From Thermoplasmata archaeon (GTDB lineage Archaea > Thermoplasmatota > Thermoplasmata > Thermoplasmatales > GCA-001856825), in the NCBI GenBank assembly GCA_049965815.1, contig JBMFVV010000004.1, forward strand, positions 1,858 through 65,857: a stretch of DNA of 64,000 nucleotides, given 5' to 3'. The notes beneath the pieces are model-generated. The model did no database searches. It was not told where the DNA came from and saw nothing but the letters and a program-made list of their open reading frames with translations. The first letter of the stretch is position 1; each line of letters opens with the position of its first letter. A program made the translations under genes and the position numbers. Below, piece by piece: positions 38,549 through 48,288 of the stretch.

Positions 38549-38639
38549 CTATTTCCGTTATGGTATGTTGAAAATTAATCTTCCCTATTTTGCAATATCT
38601 GACAAAAGTCTTATATTTGTCTTATGTATATATTCAAAA

Positions 38640-39503
38640 ATGAGTGAAATAATATCTGAAAAATTGAACAGCAACGTGACAGACAACTTCAGGAATAGGT
38701 TATATGCCAACGGGAAGAGCAGGAACACTGTGAAGATGTACGGCTATATTGTTGAGCAGTTCCTGAATTTTATTGAATTTAATAAGGAGGCAATAACGCT
38801 CGAGAGCATCGAGGCATTCAAGGAGTACCTAGCAATAGAAAAGGGGTACTCCAAATCCACTATCTACCTTTACATAAGGGCACTCCAGTCATTCATTACT
38901 TTCATTGGACTGGAGAACATAGGGCATCTGAAGGCACCGAAGAGACCGCAAAAAGTGCCAAACTATCTAATGAGTGACGAAGTATCCACTATAATTTCCA
39001 ATTGCAGAACTTTAAAGGAGCGCCTGATAGTGAAACTGCTGGTATATACAGGAATAAGAGTTTCAGAGCTCTGCTCCATAAGGATCCAGGACATAGATAT
39101 CAACAGCAAGACGTTGAAGATAAGGAATGGGAAAGGTGATAAGGACAGGCTGGTAGTATTTAGCGAAAAGGTTGTGTCTGATCTCCGGCTCTACATTACG
39201 GAAATGAGAAATATTAGGGGCAGAAGCGATTTCCTGTTCCCTACATCGAAGAGTAAGAGGATTTCTCCCGTAACCATTGAACGTGTTGTGAGAAACATCG
39301 TAAGGAGATCAGGAATTCCTAAAAAGGTTACCCCTCACACTTTCAGGCATACGTTTGCAACTTCTCTACTCAGAAACGGTGCAGATCTCAGGATCATACA
39401 GCTGCTATTAGGCCATGCAAGCATCAGTACTACTCAGATATACACGCATATGGACGATAGGGCGCTAAAGATGGGATATGAAAAATTCATACCTAGTTAC
39501 TGA
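38640..39503 (+). CDS. xerA: Tyrosine recombinase XerA (start corrected to ATG 38640; the track ORF begins at 38430)
   Basis: HTFRHTFATSLLRNGADLRIIQLLLGHASISTTQIYTH catalytic block. TTATATTT box at 38611-38618, about 26 nt upstream of the ATG. The upstream part of the track ORF overlaps the acyl-CoA dehydrogenase gene antisense. Confidence 0.88.
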   Translation: MSEIISEKLNSNVTDNFRNRLYANGKSRNTVKMYGYIVEQFLNFIEFNKEAITLESIEAFKEYLAIEKGYSKSTIYLYIRALQSFITFIGLENIGHLKAPKRPQKVPNYLMSDEVSTIISNCRTLKERLIVKLLVYTGIRVSELCSIRIQDIDINSKTLKIRNGKGDKDRLVVFSEKVVSDLRLYITEMRNIRGRSDFLFPTSKSKRISPVTIERVVRNIVRRSGIPKKVTPHTFRHTFATSLLRNGADLRIIQLLLGHASISTTQIYTHMDDRALKMGYEKFIPSY

Positions 39504-39578
39504 GCAGCCATTACTTCAACATTCATCTGCCGAAACAGGAACCTAATAATACCACTAGAACATCCAAAGTCAAGGGTA

Positions 39579-40235
39579 ATGTTGATGGACAAGAAGGAAC
39601 AAGTTGCAAAAGAGGCTCTCAATTTCTTGACCCAAGGCAATGTCGTTGGGCTCGGTTCAGGAACGACCGCATCAAAATTCATCAATATTCTTGGAAGTAG
39701 CAGCCTGAAAGAGAAAATTGTGGGTGTCGCAACTTCACTATCTTCTGAAAAACTAGCAAGGGAAGTTGGGATAAAGATAGTTGACATAGACTCTGTTGAC
39801 TGGATAGATGTCACCGTCGACGGAGCGGATGAAGTTGACACAGACTTGAACATTCTTAAAGGAGGAGGTGGCCAGCTTACGAGAGAAAAAAAGGTTAGAA
39901 ACAAATCAAAGAATTATGTGGTTATAGTTTCTGATGAAAAAGTTGTGCCAAAGATACCTTATAAATTTCCAGTTCCGGTAGAAGTAATCCATTTTGGCCA
40001 TGAAACCACTAAGAAGGAGATAGAGTCCCTCGGGATGACCTGCAGGATCAGGGAGGGCTTCGTAACAGACAATGGAAATCTGATCTATGACTGCACCCAG
40101 AATGAAAAGGTTGACCTCCAGCTACTGAACAAACAGATAAAGGAAATTACGGGAGTAATCGAAACAGGTTTGTTTCTTGGAGGTAAAAAGACTGTACTGG
40201 TCTCAGATGGAACAGATGTTAAAATTTTAAAATAA
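39579..40235 (+). CDS. rpiA: Ribose-5-phosphate isomerase A
   Basis: GLGSGTTA, DGADEVD and LKGGGG blocks. Confidence 0.9.
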   Translation: MLMDKKEQVAKEALNFLTQGNVVGLGSGTTASKFINILGSSSLKEKIVGVATSLSSEKLAREVGIKIVDIDSVDWIDVTVDGADEVDTDLNILKGGGGQLTREKKVRNKSKNYVVIVSDEKVVPKIPYKFPVPVEVIHFGHETTKKEIESLGMTCRIREGFVTDNGNLIYDCTQNEKVDLQLLNKQIKEITGVIETGLFLGGKKTVLVSDGTDVKILK

Positions 40236-40246
40236 TGTGATTTATA

Positions 40247-40618
40247 TTAAATAACTAAGTTTTGTATCTGCCCAAGTACGTTCTGCATGTCGGATATCTT
40301 CTTTCTTTGTTCTTCTTCTAGCTCCTTAACTATTTCATTGAATGGTTTCGCAAGTCTGTATCCGTGAACGGGTCTCCCTTTTCCCTCTTTTTTGATATCC
40401 CTTTTCATTATCCAACCATGTTCCTTCAGAATTCTCATCGCAATTGAAACTTCAGGCTGTCTGAGATTAGCATTTTTTTCTATCTCTACCGAGGTAGTTT
40501 CCTGTCTCCCCTTCATATAGACAAGTGCCTTGGAAACATTCCTAGGCACGCCCATCTGGATAAGTAACCCAGCTAGCTTCTCGTCCTCAGCGGTAAATCC
40601 GTCCATCATACGAGTCAT
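40247..40618 (-). CDS. Winged-helix transcriptional regulator (ArsR/TrmB-like); start placed at ATG 40618
   Basis: wHTH core TSVEIEKNANLRQPEVSIAMRILKEHGWIMKR...GRPVHGYRL. AT-rich TATA-like sequence about 20 nt upstream of the ATG. Confidence 0.6.
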   Translation of the reverse strand: MTRMMDGFTAEDEKLAGLLIQMGVPRNVSKALVYMKGRQETTSVEIEKNANLRQPEVSIAMRILKEHGWIMKRDIKKEGKGRPVHGYRLAKPFNEIVKELEEEQRKKISDMQNVLGQIQNLVI

Positions 40619-40873
40619 TATAAAAATTCCATATTTATATTTTATCAAATTTATTAAGTTTATTTTTTACTATTACAATTTTTAACTTGAGGAATTCCGC
40701 TCCCTGAACAAATATGATAGCGTATCTACAAACAACCCCGTTCTGAATACATAGGTCATTTAGCTAGTAATATATTAATTCCAACTGATAAATACTATCA
40801 ACTCTTTGATAAAGAGGTATTCGCAAAAACGTATTAGTACGACTAAGATTAGCTAAGAATTACAGTGATTTGA

Positions 40874-43180
40874 ATGAGTGCAGAAGAAGATGATTTTGTA
40901 GAGGATATTACGAGCGAAATTCCAGCTGAAACTCTTGTTAGGTTTAATAACGATGAGCTTAGAGCAAGAGTATTCATAGATAAATACGCAATAAAGGACA
41001 ACGATGGTGTTCTCCTTGAGAAGGTCCCAGAAGAAATGTGGAGAAGGGTTGCTAGGGAGATATCTTCTGTAGAGAGTGAGTCTCTGAGGGCTGAATGGGA
41101 AAACAAGTTCTATTGGTTACTAGAAAACTTCAGGATGGTTCCCGGAGGGAGAATCTTGTTTGGTGCTGGACAAGAGAAATTCAAAAGGAGAGTTACGCTT
41201 AACAACTGCTATGTTATTCCAATCAAGGACGACTCCCTGGAATCTATATTTGAATGGACCAAGGAAGCCGCAAGAACTTACTCTCTGGGGGGAGGGGTAG
41301 GTACAGATATAAGTATTCTAAGGCCGAGAGGGGCTCCAGTGAATAATGCAGCTCTAAAGTCTACAGGAAGTGTATCATTTATGAATATAATGTCTGAGAC
41401 CACTGGTACAATTGGTCAATCCGGTAGACGGGGCGCTTTGATGATCACTATAAGAATAGACCATCCTGATATACTGGATTTCATAAAAGTAAAGAGAGAT
41501 CTGAACCGCGTTCGGTACGCGAACATTTCGGTAAAGATTACCGACGAATTTATGAAGAGAGTAGAAGATGATGACAATTTCACACTTCGTTATGAAAGTA
41601 GCAAGGTCAAGAAAATTGAAAAAGTTGTACGGGCAAGAGAGCTATGGAACGAGCTCATAGAATCAGCTAGAAACTGGGCAGAACCCGGACTCATATTCTG
41701 GGATACTATGAAGAAAGAGAGTACGTCAGAATACAACGGAATGGATATACTCACCACTAATCCCTGTTCAGAAATCCCTCTAGAGGCATATGGAGCTTGC
41801 AATCTTGGGAACGTCAATCTTGCAGTGTTTGTAAAGAACCCGTTTGAAAACGCTGAAGTTGATTGGGAAGATCTCGAAAAGGCTGTAAGGTATACAGTTC
41901 GCTTCTTGGACGATGTAGTGGATTACAATATGTTCAAACATCCTCTGAAGCCACAGACAGATGAAGCTGGAAAAAGCAGAAGGATAGGTGTTGGCTTCAC
42001 TGGTCTGGGTGATATGCTCATCAAGTTGAAGATTAAGTACGATACTCCAGAATCCATTAAATTTGTTGATTCGATGTTTTCGAGAATAATGAAAATGATA
42101 TATGATGAAAGCACTCTAATAGCCGCTGAAAAAGGTACATTCCCAGCATTCGACCTTGAAAAACACTTGAAGTCTCCGTTCATATCCAGACTAGACCCGG
42201 AACTGATAGAAAAGATAAAGAAAAATGGGTTAAGAAATGTTGCTCTCATAACCGTGCCACCAGTCGGAAGTGGTTCTGCCCTTGCAGGTACTTCCAGCGG
42301 AATTGAACCTGTATTTGCGTTCTCTTATACCAGGAGAAGTGAATCACTTTCCAAACAGACGTTCAAAGTTTATCACCCTCTCGTAAGGGAATACATGGAA
42401 CTCTACGGAGTCAAGGAGGAGAAGGACCTCCCTGAATATTTTGTGGAGGCTCATAAGATCGATCCTATGTTCAGGATCAAATTGCAGGCAACAATTCAGA
42501 AATATGTGGATCACTCTATTTCATCGACCGTGAATCTGCCATCATCAGTCTCTACTGATGAAGTTGGTAAGATTTACTTTGAAGCTTGGAAGGCTGGATG
42601 TAAAGGAGTGACAGTATATAGGGAAGGATCAAGAGAAGGTATACTGTTGACAAAGGAAGAAGCAAAGAAGAAAGAGCACAAGGAGTTTGAAAGGTCAACA
42701 GTCCTCACTGGGAGAACGATAGTATTTCCGCTTCTAGAAACCGGAAAATTATACACCACTATAAATTTTGATGAATCAGGTAGACCGGTTGAAATATTCG
42801 TAAATGTCGGCAAATCTGGATCAGAAGAAAAGGCATATTCAGAAGCAATTGGAAGGCTTCTCTCACTATACCTGCAACAAGGCGGGGACATTGCAAAGGT
42901 GGTCAGAGCACTCACAGGAATAAAGGGCAAGACGACCACATTTGTGGGTGGGTCTAAGATTACTTCTGTCCCGGACGGAGTCGCCAAAGCAATAGAAATT
43001 GCGATGAAGGGGGAGCCTCCACAATCCACACTGACAGGGAATTTTCTCGTGACAGCAATCAAGACAGAGGAAAAGAAGGAAAAGATTTTTGCAACCTGTC
43101 CAAAATGCAATAATGACACTCTAGTAATGGAAAATGGCTGTCTCACTTGTAAAACGTGCGGATATTCAAAGTGCGAATAA
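40874..43180 (+). CDS. nrdJ: Adenosylcobalamin-dependent ribonucleotide reductase (class II) with a C-terminal zinc ribbon
   Basis: TNPCSEIPLEAYGACNLG active-site block and the GAGQEKFKRRVTLNNCYV region. C-terminal CPKCN...CKTCG. Confidence 0.9.
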   Translation: MSAEEDDFVEDITSEIPAETLVRFNNDELRARVFIDKYAIKDNDGVLLEKVPEEMWRRVAREISSVESESLRAEWENKFYWLLENFRMVPGGRILFGAGQEKFKRRVTLNNCYVIPIKDDSLESIFEWTKEAARTYSLGGGVGTDISILRPRGAPVNNAALKSTGSVSFMNIMSETTGTIGQSGRRGALMITIRIDHPDILDFIKVKRDLNRVRYANISVKITDEFMKRVEDDDNFTLRYESSKVKKIEKVVRARELWNELIESARNWAEPGLIFWDTMKKESTSEYNGMDILTTNPCSEIPLEAYGACNLGNVNLAVFVKNPFENAEVDWEDLEKAVRYTVRFLDDVVDYNMFKHPLKPQTDEAGKSRRIGVGFTGLGDMLIKLKIKYDTPESIKFVDSMFSRIMKMIYDESTLIAAEKGTFPAFDLEKHLKSPFISRLDPELIEKIKKNGLRNVALITVPPVGSGSALAGTSSGIEPVFAFSYTRRSESLSKQTFKVYHPLVREYMELYGVKEEKDLPEYFVEAHKIDPMFRIKLQATIQKYVDHSISSTVNLPSSVSTDEVGKIYFEAWKAGCKGVTVYREGSREGILLTKEEAKKKEHKEFERSTVLTGRTIVFPLLETGKLYTTINFDESGRPVEIFVNVGKSGSEEKAYSEAIGRLLSLYLQQGGDIAKVVRALTGIKGKTTTFVGGSKITSVPDGVAKAIEIAMKGEPPQSTLTGNFLVTAIKTEEKKEKIFATCPKCNNDTLVMENGCLTCKTCGYSKCE

Positions 43181-43204
43181 ATCCATGGCATAGGTATAAT
43201 CTTC

Positions 43205-43226
43205 TATTTTTTCACATTTTTATTTT
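43205..43226 (+). terminator. Oligo-T tract, candidate archaeal terminator after nrdJ
   Basis: TATTTTTTCACATTTTTATTTT begins 25 nt after the stop codon. Confidence 0.35.
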
Positions 43227-43473
43227 ATTAGATTATTCTAGTAATGGCTGATGGTTCCTGTGATTTTTCTGTCTAAGGGTTGAAATTTATGCTAGGTCCC
43301 TATTCAAGAGTGGGTAACGAATATATGCTTAATAGCTGGCTCTATGGCCTTCTTTTTGCAAACAGCCCTAGGAGACTGAAATGAGGTAGAGGCTTATGTT
43401 ATGAACTTCTACCGATTATTTTCCCAATGAAGTTAGTTGCTCAAAAGCTATTAGAATGAGTTAAATTTAGTAA

Positions 43474-44031
43474 GTGATGAAAAAAGCTGAGGGGGGCAGT
43501 ATCTTAAACAAAGCACTGATGAATGCAATCATTTCAGCAGTGATTGCAGTTTCAGCCGTGATACTGCTCATTCTTCTTTCTTTCACTCTCTTTTTATTGA
43601 TAGATAGCTCATTTTTTACGAATTTGCCGGTGAGACCCTACTCAATATATCTCATAATAGCTATTTCGGCTTCTGTAATTCTCTTAGTCGTTTCACTTGT
43701 CTTCCTGTTCAGGAGCATAAAATCCATATCGCTGGAATCAAAAGAGAGTTCCAGTTTCCTTGGTAATAGTGGGGAATCAACTCAGGTACAATTCGATCAG
43801 GACGCGATTAAATATCTAGACGAGGGAGAACGGGAGATCTATATGATCCTTGTAGATGCTGGTGGGACAGTACTCCAAAGGGATATTGCAAGTGTCAAGG
43901 GCTATTCAAAAGCAACGATAACTCGAATACTGACAAGACTGGAAGCAAAGGGATTAGTAGAAAGAATAAGGCACGGAACCACAAATCAGATAGTGCTGAA
44001 AAGAGTTTCGAAACAAGTTTCACAGAAATGA
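43474..44031 (+). CDS. Membrane-anchored winged-helix regulator (two or three N-terminal TM helices plus a C-terminal MarR-like wHTH)
   Basis: Hydrophobic N-terminal half. C-terminal EREIYMILVDAGGTVLQRDIASVKGYSKATITRILTRLEAKGLVERI. Confidence 0.6.
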   Translation: MMKKAEGGSILNKALMNAIISAVIAVSAVILLILLSFTLFLLIDSSFFTNLPVRPYSIYLIIAISASVILLVVSLVFLFRSIKSISLESKESSSFLGNSGESTQVQFDQDAIKYLDEGEREIYMILVDAGGTVLQRDIASVKGYSKATITRILTRLEAKGLVERIRHGTTNQIVLKRVSKQVSQK

Positions 44032-44090
44032 AAGGTATTTCACGATGCATTTAAGAACTCTTTCAGTTTTAAAGTATATCAGGTGAAAAA

Positions 44091-44465
44091 ATGAGAAATC
44101 ATATATTTCGGTTTTTCTGGGTATTCATAGGGGTGATAGCAGCAGTAATAGTGATCTCAGCAGTCATAAATGCCATATTTATTCCCAGGTATCCTCCAGG
44201 AACGTATCCTTATAACGGGATGATGGGATTCGGCTGGGGGTATGGGCCGTTCTGGGGATTTGGAGCTTTCATGATGATTGTTCCTCTTTTTATCCTAATA
44301 CTCTTTGTATTGTGGATAGTTGGTATAGCAAGAAATCATAACGGAACAAGTTATTATGATCAACATCAAGAGGATGCAATGGACATACTAGATCGGAGAT
44401 TCGCTAGCGGATCCATAACACAGGAAGAATATAACAAGATAAAGGAACAGATAACCAGGAAATGA
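44091..44465 (+). CDS. SHOCT-domain membrane protein
   Basis: Two TM helices with a G/W/F/Y-rich loop. C-terminal LDRRFASGSITQEEYNKIKEQI is a SHOCT motif. Confidence 0.6.
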   Translation: MRNHIFRFFWVFIGVIAAVIVISAVINAIFIPRYPPGTYPYNGMMGFGWGYGPFWGFGAFMMIVPLFILILFVLWIVGIARNHNGTSYYDQHQEDAMDILDRRFASGSITQEEYNKIKEQITRK

Positions 44466-44534
44466 CACGCTGAATTTTTCTATATTTTAATCATTATTTT
44501 TTTTATGTATTCTCTATATGGATAATGCGATCGC

Positions 44535-44542
44535 TTTATATA
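44535..44542 (+). promoter_or_regulatory. TATA box candidate for the L3-led ribosomal protein operon
   Basis: TTTATATA lies 113 nt upstream of the L3 ATG, which implies a leader of roughly 85 nt. Confidence 0.4.
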
Positions 44543-44654
44543 CAAACAAGTTCTGTCGAAAGAGCATTAGCCACACGTCTCCGGCGATAGTGCCGATGAT
44601 GGTTCTGAAATTAAGAACACATCAAGACGCAACGGCTGTGCAACAGTGGTAAGT

Positions 44655-45644
44655 ATGGCAACGCCAAATCATTCAAGACACGGGTCTATGGGATACTATC
44701 CCAGAAAAAGAGCAAAATCAGAGATACCGCACATAAGGTCATGGCCACAGATCAATGAAGGTCCAAAACTCCAGGGATTCGTTGGATTCAAGGCTGGAAT
44801 GACACATGCGCTGTTCGTTGATTACAGGAAGAGCAGCACAACTGCGGGGTCTGAAGTTGCATCGTCCGTAACGGTGATTGAGGTCCCACCCCTTAAGGTG
44901 GTGGGTATCAGACTATACGGTAGAGATGCATATGGAGAGCATACGATAGCAGAAACTTACGATAGTGGATCTATCAATGAACTGAAAAAAGTGCTACCTG
45001 TATCGAAGGACTATAAACCTAAAGAAATAGATGGCACAGATGCAGTTGACGTAAATGTTCTAGTTCTGATACAAAACGATAAGGTTAAGGCAATTTCAAA
45101 GAAAGTTCCCGACATTACTGAAATTAGGGTTGGCGGTGGATCGATAAAGGAAAGAATAGATTACGCAAAGTCAATCCTCGGAAAGGAGGTAAGTTTCGAT
45201 TCATTTTCAAGATCAGGAAAATTTGTTGACATAATTGCAGTGACGAAAGGCAAAGGATTTCAAGGCCATGTGAAGAGATGGGGGGTAAAACTTCTTCCAC
45301 GCAAAAACAGGAAACACAGAAGAATGATAGGTACCCTAGGACCATGGCATCCAGATTGGGTTAGGAACACGGTTCCGCAAGCTGGTCAGATGGGTTTCCA
45401 TCAAAGGACTGAGTTCAACAAAAGGGTACTATACTATGGAAAACCTGAAGAGAAGGCAATAACACCTAAAGGTGGATTCCTCAACTACGGTGAAGTAGTG
45501 AACAGCTATATACTTGTTCACGGAACTGTCCCTGGATCTACAAAGAGAATAGTTAAACTGAGGGACCCTGCCAGGCAGACGGTACCGGATGTGGAGAAGG
45601 TAGGTATGAGTTACGTATCAGTTGAAAGCAAGCAGGGGGCGTGA
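44655..45644 (+). CDS. rpl3: 50S ribosomal protein L3 (start moved to ATG 44655)
   Basis: HGSMGYYPRKRA and FKAGMTH blocks. First gene of the conserved cluster. Confidence 0.93.
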   Translation: MATPNHSRHGSMGYYPRKRAKSEIPHIRSWPQINEGPKLQGFVGFKAGMTHALFVDYRKSSTTAGSEVASSVTVIEVPPLKVVGIRLYGRDAYGEHTIAETYDSGSINELKKVLPVSKDYKPKEIDGTDAVDVNVLVLIQNDKVKAISKKVPDITEIRVGGGSIKERIDYAKSILGKEVSFDSFSRSGKFVDIIAVTKGKGFQGHVKRWGVKLLPRKNRKHRRMIGTLGPWHPDWVRNTVPQAGQMGFHQRTEFNKRVLYYGKPEEKAITPKGGFLNYGEVVNSYILVHGTVPGSTKRIVKLRDPARQTVPDVEKVGMSYVSVESKQGA

Positions 45645-45645
45645 A

Positions 45646-46404
45646 ATGACAAATCTATTTTCACTTGATGGAAAGGTAATGAAGAGTGTTGATCTTCCGG
45701 ACGCATTCAAATTCCCAATAAGAAATGACCTGATAATAAGGTTCACAAACGCGTATCAATCAAATGGAAGGACACCATATGGGAGCTACTGGTTTGCAGG
45801 AAACAGAAGGGTCGGGCATAACATGGGACCCAACCACGGAATATCGAGGTATCCTAGGGTGGCTGGCAGTTCAAGAGGAGTTCTTCTTAGCAATGCAAGA
45901 GGAGGAAGATCAGCCCATCATCCGACAACTGCAAAGGACTGGAATCTCAAGGTAAACAAGAAGGAAAGGGTGCTGGCCAAGCTTTCTGCATTATCCAGCA
46001 CAGTCTCACCTGAGCTAGTAAGGAAGAGGGGTCACAAATTCACCATCGACAGTCTCCCGGTAATTCTTGAAGACAGGTTTGAACAGATAGAGAAGACGAA
46101 GGAAGCAACAGATGTTCTGGTCAAGGTGGGAGTCTTTGACGATATAGTAAGGTCGAAAGAAGGAACAAAGATCAGGGCAGGAAGGGGGAAAAGTAGGGGA
46201 AGAAAGTACGTCACTCCCAAGAGCATTCTCTTCTTGGTCAGAGACAAATCACACATCTGCAAAGCGCTCAAGAACCTTCCAGGAGTAGACATAGTCAGAC
46301 CAGAGGAATTGAACGCTTATGTTCTGGCACCCGGTGGCCATCCCGGAAGGTTACTAGTGGTGACTGAGGGTGCACTCAACGATCTGAGAGGGTGGAAGAC
46401 ATGA
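45646..46404 (+). CDS. rpl4: 50S ribosomal protein L4 (start moved to ATG 45646)
   Basis: Position after L3. GPNHGISRYPRVAGSSRG and AGRGKSRGRKY blocks. Confidence 0.9.
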   Translation: MTNLFSLDGKVMKSVDLPDAFKFPIRNDLIIRFTNAYQSNGRTPYGSYWFAGNRRVGHNMGPNHGISRYPRVAGSSRGVLLSNARGGRSAHHPTTAKDWNLKVNKKERVLAKLSALSSTVSPELVRKRGHKFTIDSLPVILEDRFEQIEKTKEATDVLVKVGVFDDIVRSKEGTKIRAGRGKSRGRKYVTPKSILFLVRDKSHICKALKNLPGVDIVRPEELNAYVLAPGGHPGRLLVVTEGALNDLRGWKT

Positions 46405-46661
46405 AAAGTCCATATGACATTCTTCTCAAACCGTTTGTAACAGAAAAGTCAATGCTGCAGATAGAAAGGGAGAACAAGATCTGGTTCATAGTCTATGAAA
46501 GGGCAACTAGGACACAGATCAAGAATGCCGTAGAAGAGATATCGGGTATGAAGGTAAGCAACATAAACATACTGAGGGACAAGGAAGGGAAGAAAGCTAT
46601 AGTGAAAATATCTAAAGATTTCTCGGCCGAAGAGCTTGCTACCAAGCTGGGAATATTCTGA
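46401..46661 (+). CDS. rpl23: 50S ribosomal protein L23 (start at ATG 46401, overlapping the L4 stop)
   Basis: ILLKPFVTEKS block and cluster position. Confidence 0.9.
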   Translation: MKSPYDILLKPFVTEKSMLQIERENKIWFIVYERATRTQIKNAVEEISGMKVSNINILRDKEGKKAIVKISKDFSAEELATKLGIF

Positions 46662-46670
46662 GGTGAAAAT

Positions 46671-47378
46671 ATGGGAAAGAGAATAGTAGTTCAAAGGAGA
46701 GGAAAGGGCGGGCTTACTTACAGAAGCCCCAGCCATAGACATTATGGTCAGATCAAATATCCTAAGGAAGAAAACTGGGAGGGTAGGGTCGAGAAGCTAT
46801 TGAGGGACCCAGGACATTACGCTCCAGTAGCAGTAGTCAAGATGAGTGACGAAAGCAACAGGAACTTTATTGCACACACCGGTATGTTTGCAGGACAAAG
46901 GATAAGAGGTGGTGGAGATGCCCCCTCCAACGTGGGGAATACCCTTCCGCTGGGTCTTATTCCAGACGGGTCAGTTGTTTATAATGTTGAGATCAAGCCA
47001 GGGTCTGGCGGGAACATAGCTAGGACTCCAGGCTCCTTCTGCACAGTCGTTGCCCACGGAGAAAATGTTACACTGAAACTTCCTTCAGGGAAGATGAGGG
47101 ACATAAAGCCTTCATGCCTCGCGACAATAGGTGTTACCGGAGGCGGAGGAAGAAATTCAAAGCCATTCCTGAAGGCAGGAAAGAAAATACACGCTTATCA
47201 GAGCAGAGCAAAACGCCCCTATACTGTGAGAGGGGTCGCAATGAATGCGGTCAACCACCCACATGGTGGTGGAAATCACCAACACGTAGGGAGACCGTCC
47301 ACGGTGGGAAGAAATACACCACCTGGAAGAAAGGTTGGAAGACTATCCCCAAGGAAGAAGGTGAAGACAAATGCCTGA
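46671..47378 (+). CDS. rpl2: 50S ribosomal protein L2
   Basis: GGGRNSKPF and VNHPHGGGNHQHVGRPSTV blocks. Confidence 0.95.
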   Translation: MGKRIVVQRRGKGGLTYRSPSHRHYGQIKYPKEENWEGRVEKLLRDPGHYAPVAVVKMSDESNRNFIAHTGMFAGQRIRGGGDAPSNVGNTLPLGLIPDGSVVYNVEIKPGSGGNIARTPGSFCTVVAHGENVTLKLPSGKMRDIKPSCLATIGVTGGGGRNSKPFLKAGKKIHAYQSRAKRPYTVRGVAMNAVNHPHGGGNHQHVGRPSTVGRNTPPGRKVGRLSPRKKVKTNA

Positions 47379-47826
47379 AGATAAGAGATTGAGATCACAG
47401 AAGGCAATAAAGAGGTCCAAGAGGAAGGCAACGAAGGCAATATCGGAGAGAGGGAAGGAGATCCTCTACAGGGGCAAGACGCTCGACGAGCTTCTGGCCA
47501 TGGAGCCTGCGGAATTCCTGAAGATGATCCCGGCAAGGGCTAGAAGATCACTGAAAAGAGGGTACAATATTGAACAGCAGAGGCTTCACGATAGGCTTCT
47601 TGAAAAGGACTCAGTAAGGACAAGGGTTAGGGACCTCATAATTATCCCACAGTATGTGGGAAAGACTGTTTCTGTTTACAACGGACATCTATATCAAACA
47701 TTTTCCATAAAGGAAGAGATGATAGGCCATTATCTTGGCGAATACTCTCAGACAAGGAAGGAAGTTAAGCACTCCGGACCGGGAGTAGGTGCGACTAGGG
47801 GATCGAAGTTCCTCCCGCTTAAGTGA
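47371..47826 (+). CDS. rps19: 30S ribosomal protein S19
   Basis: VYNGHLYQTFSIKEEMIGHYLGEYSQTRK block and cluster position. Confidence 0.92.
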   Translation: MPEDKRLRSQKAIKRSKRKATKAISERGKEILYRGKTLDELLAMEPAEFLKMIPARARRSLKRGYNIEQQRLHDRLLEKDSVRTRVRDLIIIPQYVGKTVSVYNGHLYQTFSIKEEMIGHYLGEYSQTRKEVKHSGPGVGATRGSKFLPLK

Positions 47827-47835
47827 GGTCATAAG

Positions 47836-48288
47836 ATGAAATATGTACTTGAAACAGATAAAAAGAAAAGTGCAAGGGCCACATCGGTGAACACTCCTAT
47901 CTCGCCCAGAGACGCGCTCGAAATTGTGAGAACTATCAAGGGGATGAAATTAGACAGCGCTAAGGACTACCTGGAAAGAGTCATAGAAAAGAAAAGCGCA
48001 GTTCCGTACAGGAAGTTTCTTGATTCAGTATCCCACAAAAGGGGAGTAGGACCTGGAAGATATCCGGTTAGGGCTGCAAAGTATGTCCTTGAAACGCTGA
48101 CGAACGCTGAGAATAACGCAGAATTCAAACAGTTAGATGCTGATAAGTTGATAATAAAGAGTGCCGTTGCTCAGCCAGCGCCTCCCATCAAATACTATAC
48201 CTATAAGGCGTTTGGTTCCAGTGGCAAGTTCTATAGAGAGAGGGTACACATCCAGATTATTCTGGAGGAGTTGGGTGAATCAGAATGA
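47836..48288 (+). CDS. rpl22: 50S ribosomal protein L22
   Basis: Cluster position between S19 and S3. ISPRDALEIVRTIKGM block. Confidence 0.9.
   Translation: MKYVLETDKKKSARATSVNTPISPRDALEIVRTIKGMKLDSAKDYLERVIEKKSAVPYRKFLDSVSHKRGVGPGRYPVRAAKYVLETLTNAENNAEFKQLDADKLIIKSAVAQPAPPIKYYTYKAFGSSGKFYRERVHIQIILEELGESE

Noticed and set aside
38430-38639. A 70-codon N-terminal extension of the XerA ORF as given in the track.
   Set aside because: The extension overlaps the 5' end of the acyl-CoA dehydrogenase gene on the opposite strand and has no recombinase similarity. A TATA-like box at 38611-38618 and ATG 38640 give a normal-length XerA.
43181-43473. A search for box C/D or H/ACA sRNAs in the nrdJ downstream gap, and around the CUGAUGA at 9574-9580.
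   Set aside because: C-box-like heptamers are present, but no D', C' or D boxes occur at the required roughly 12-nt guide spacing, and no ACA box follows any hairpin.
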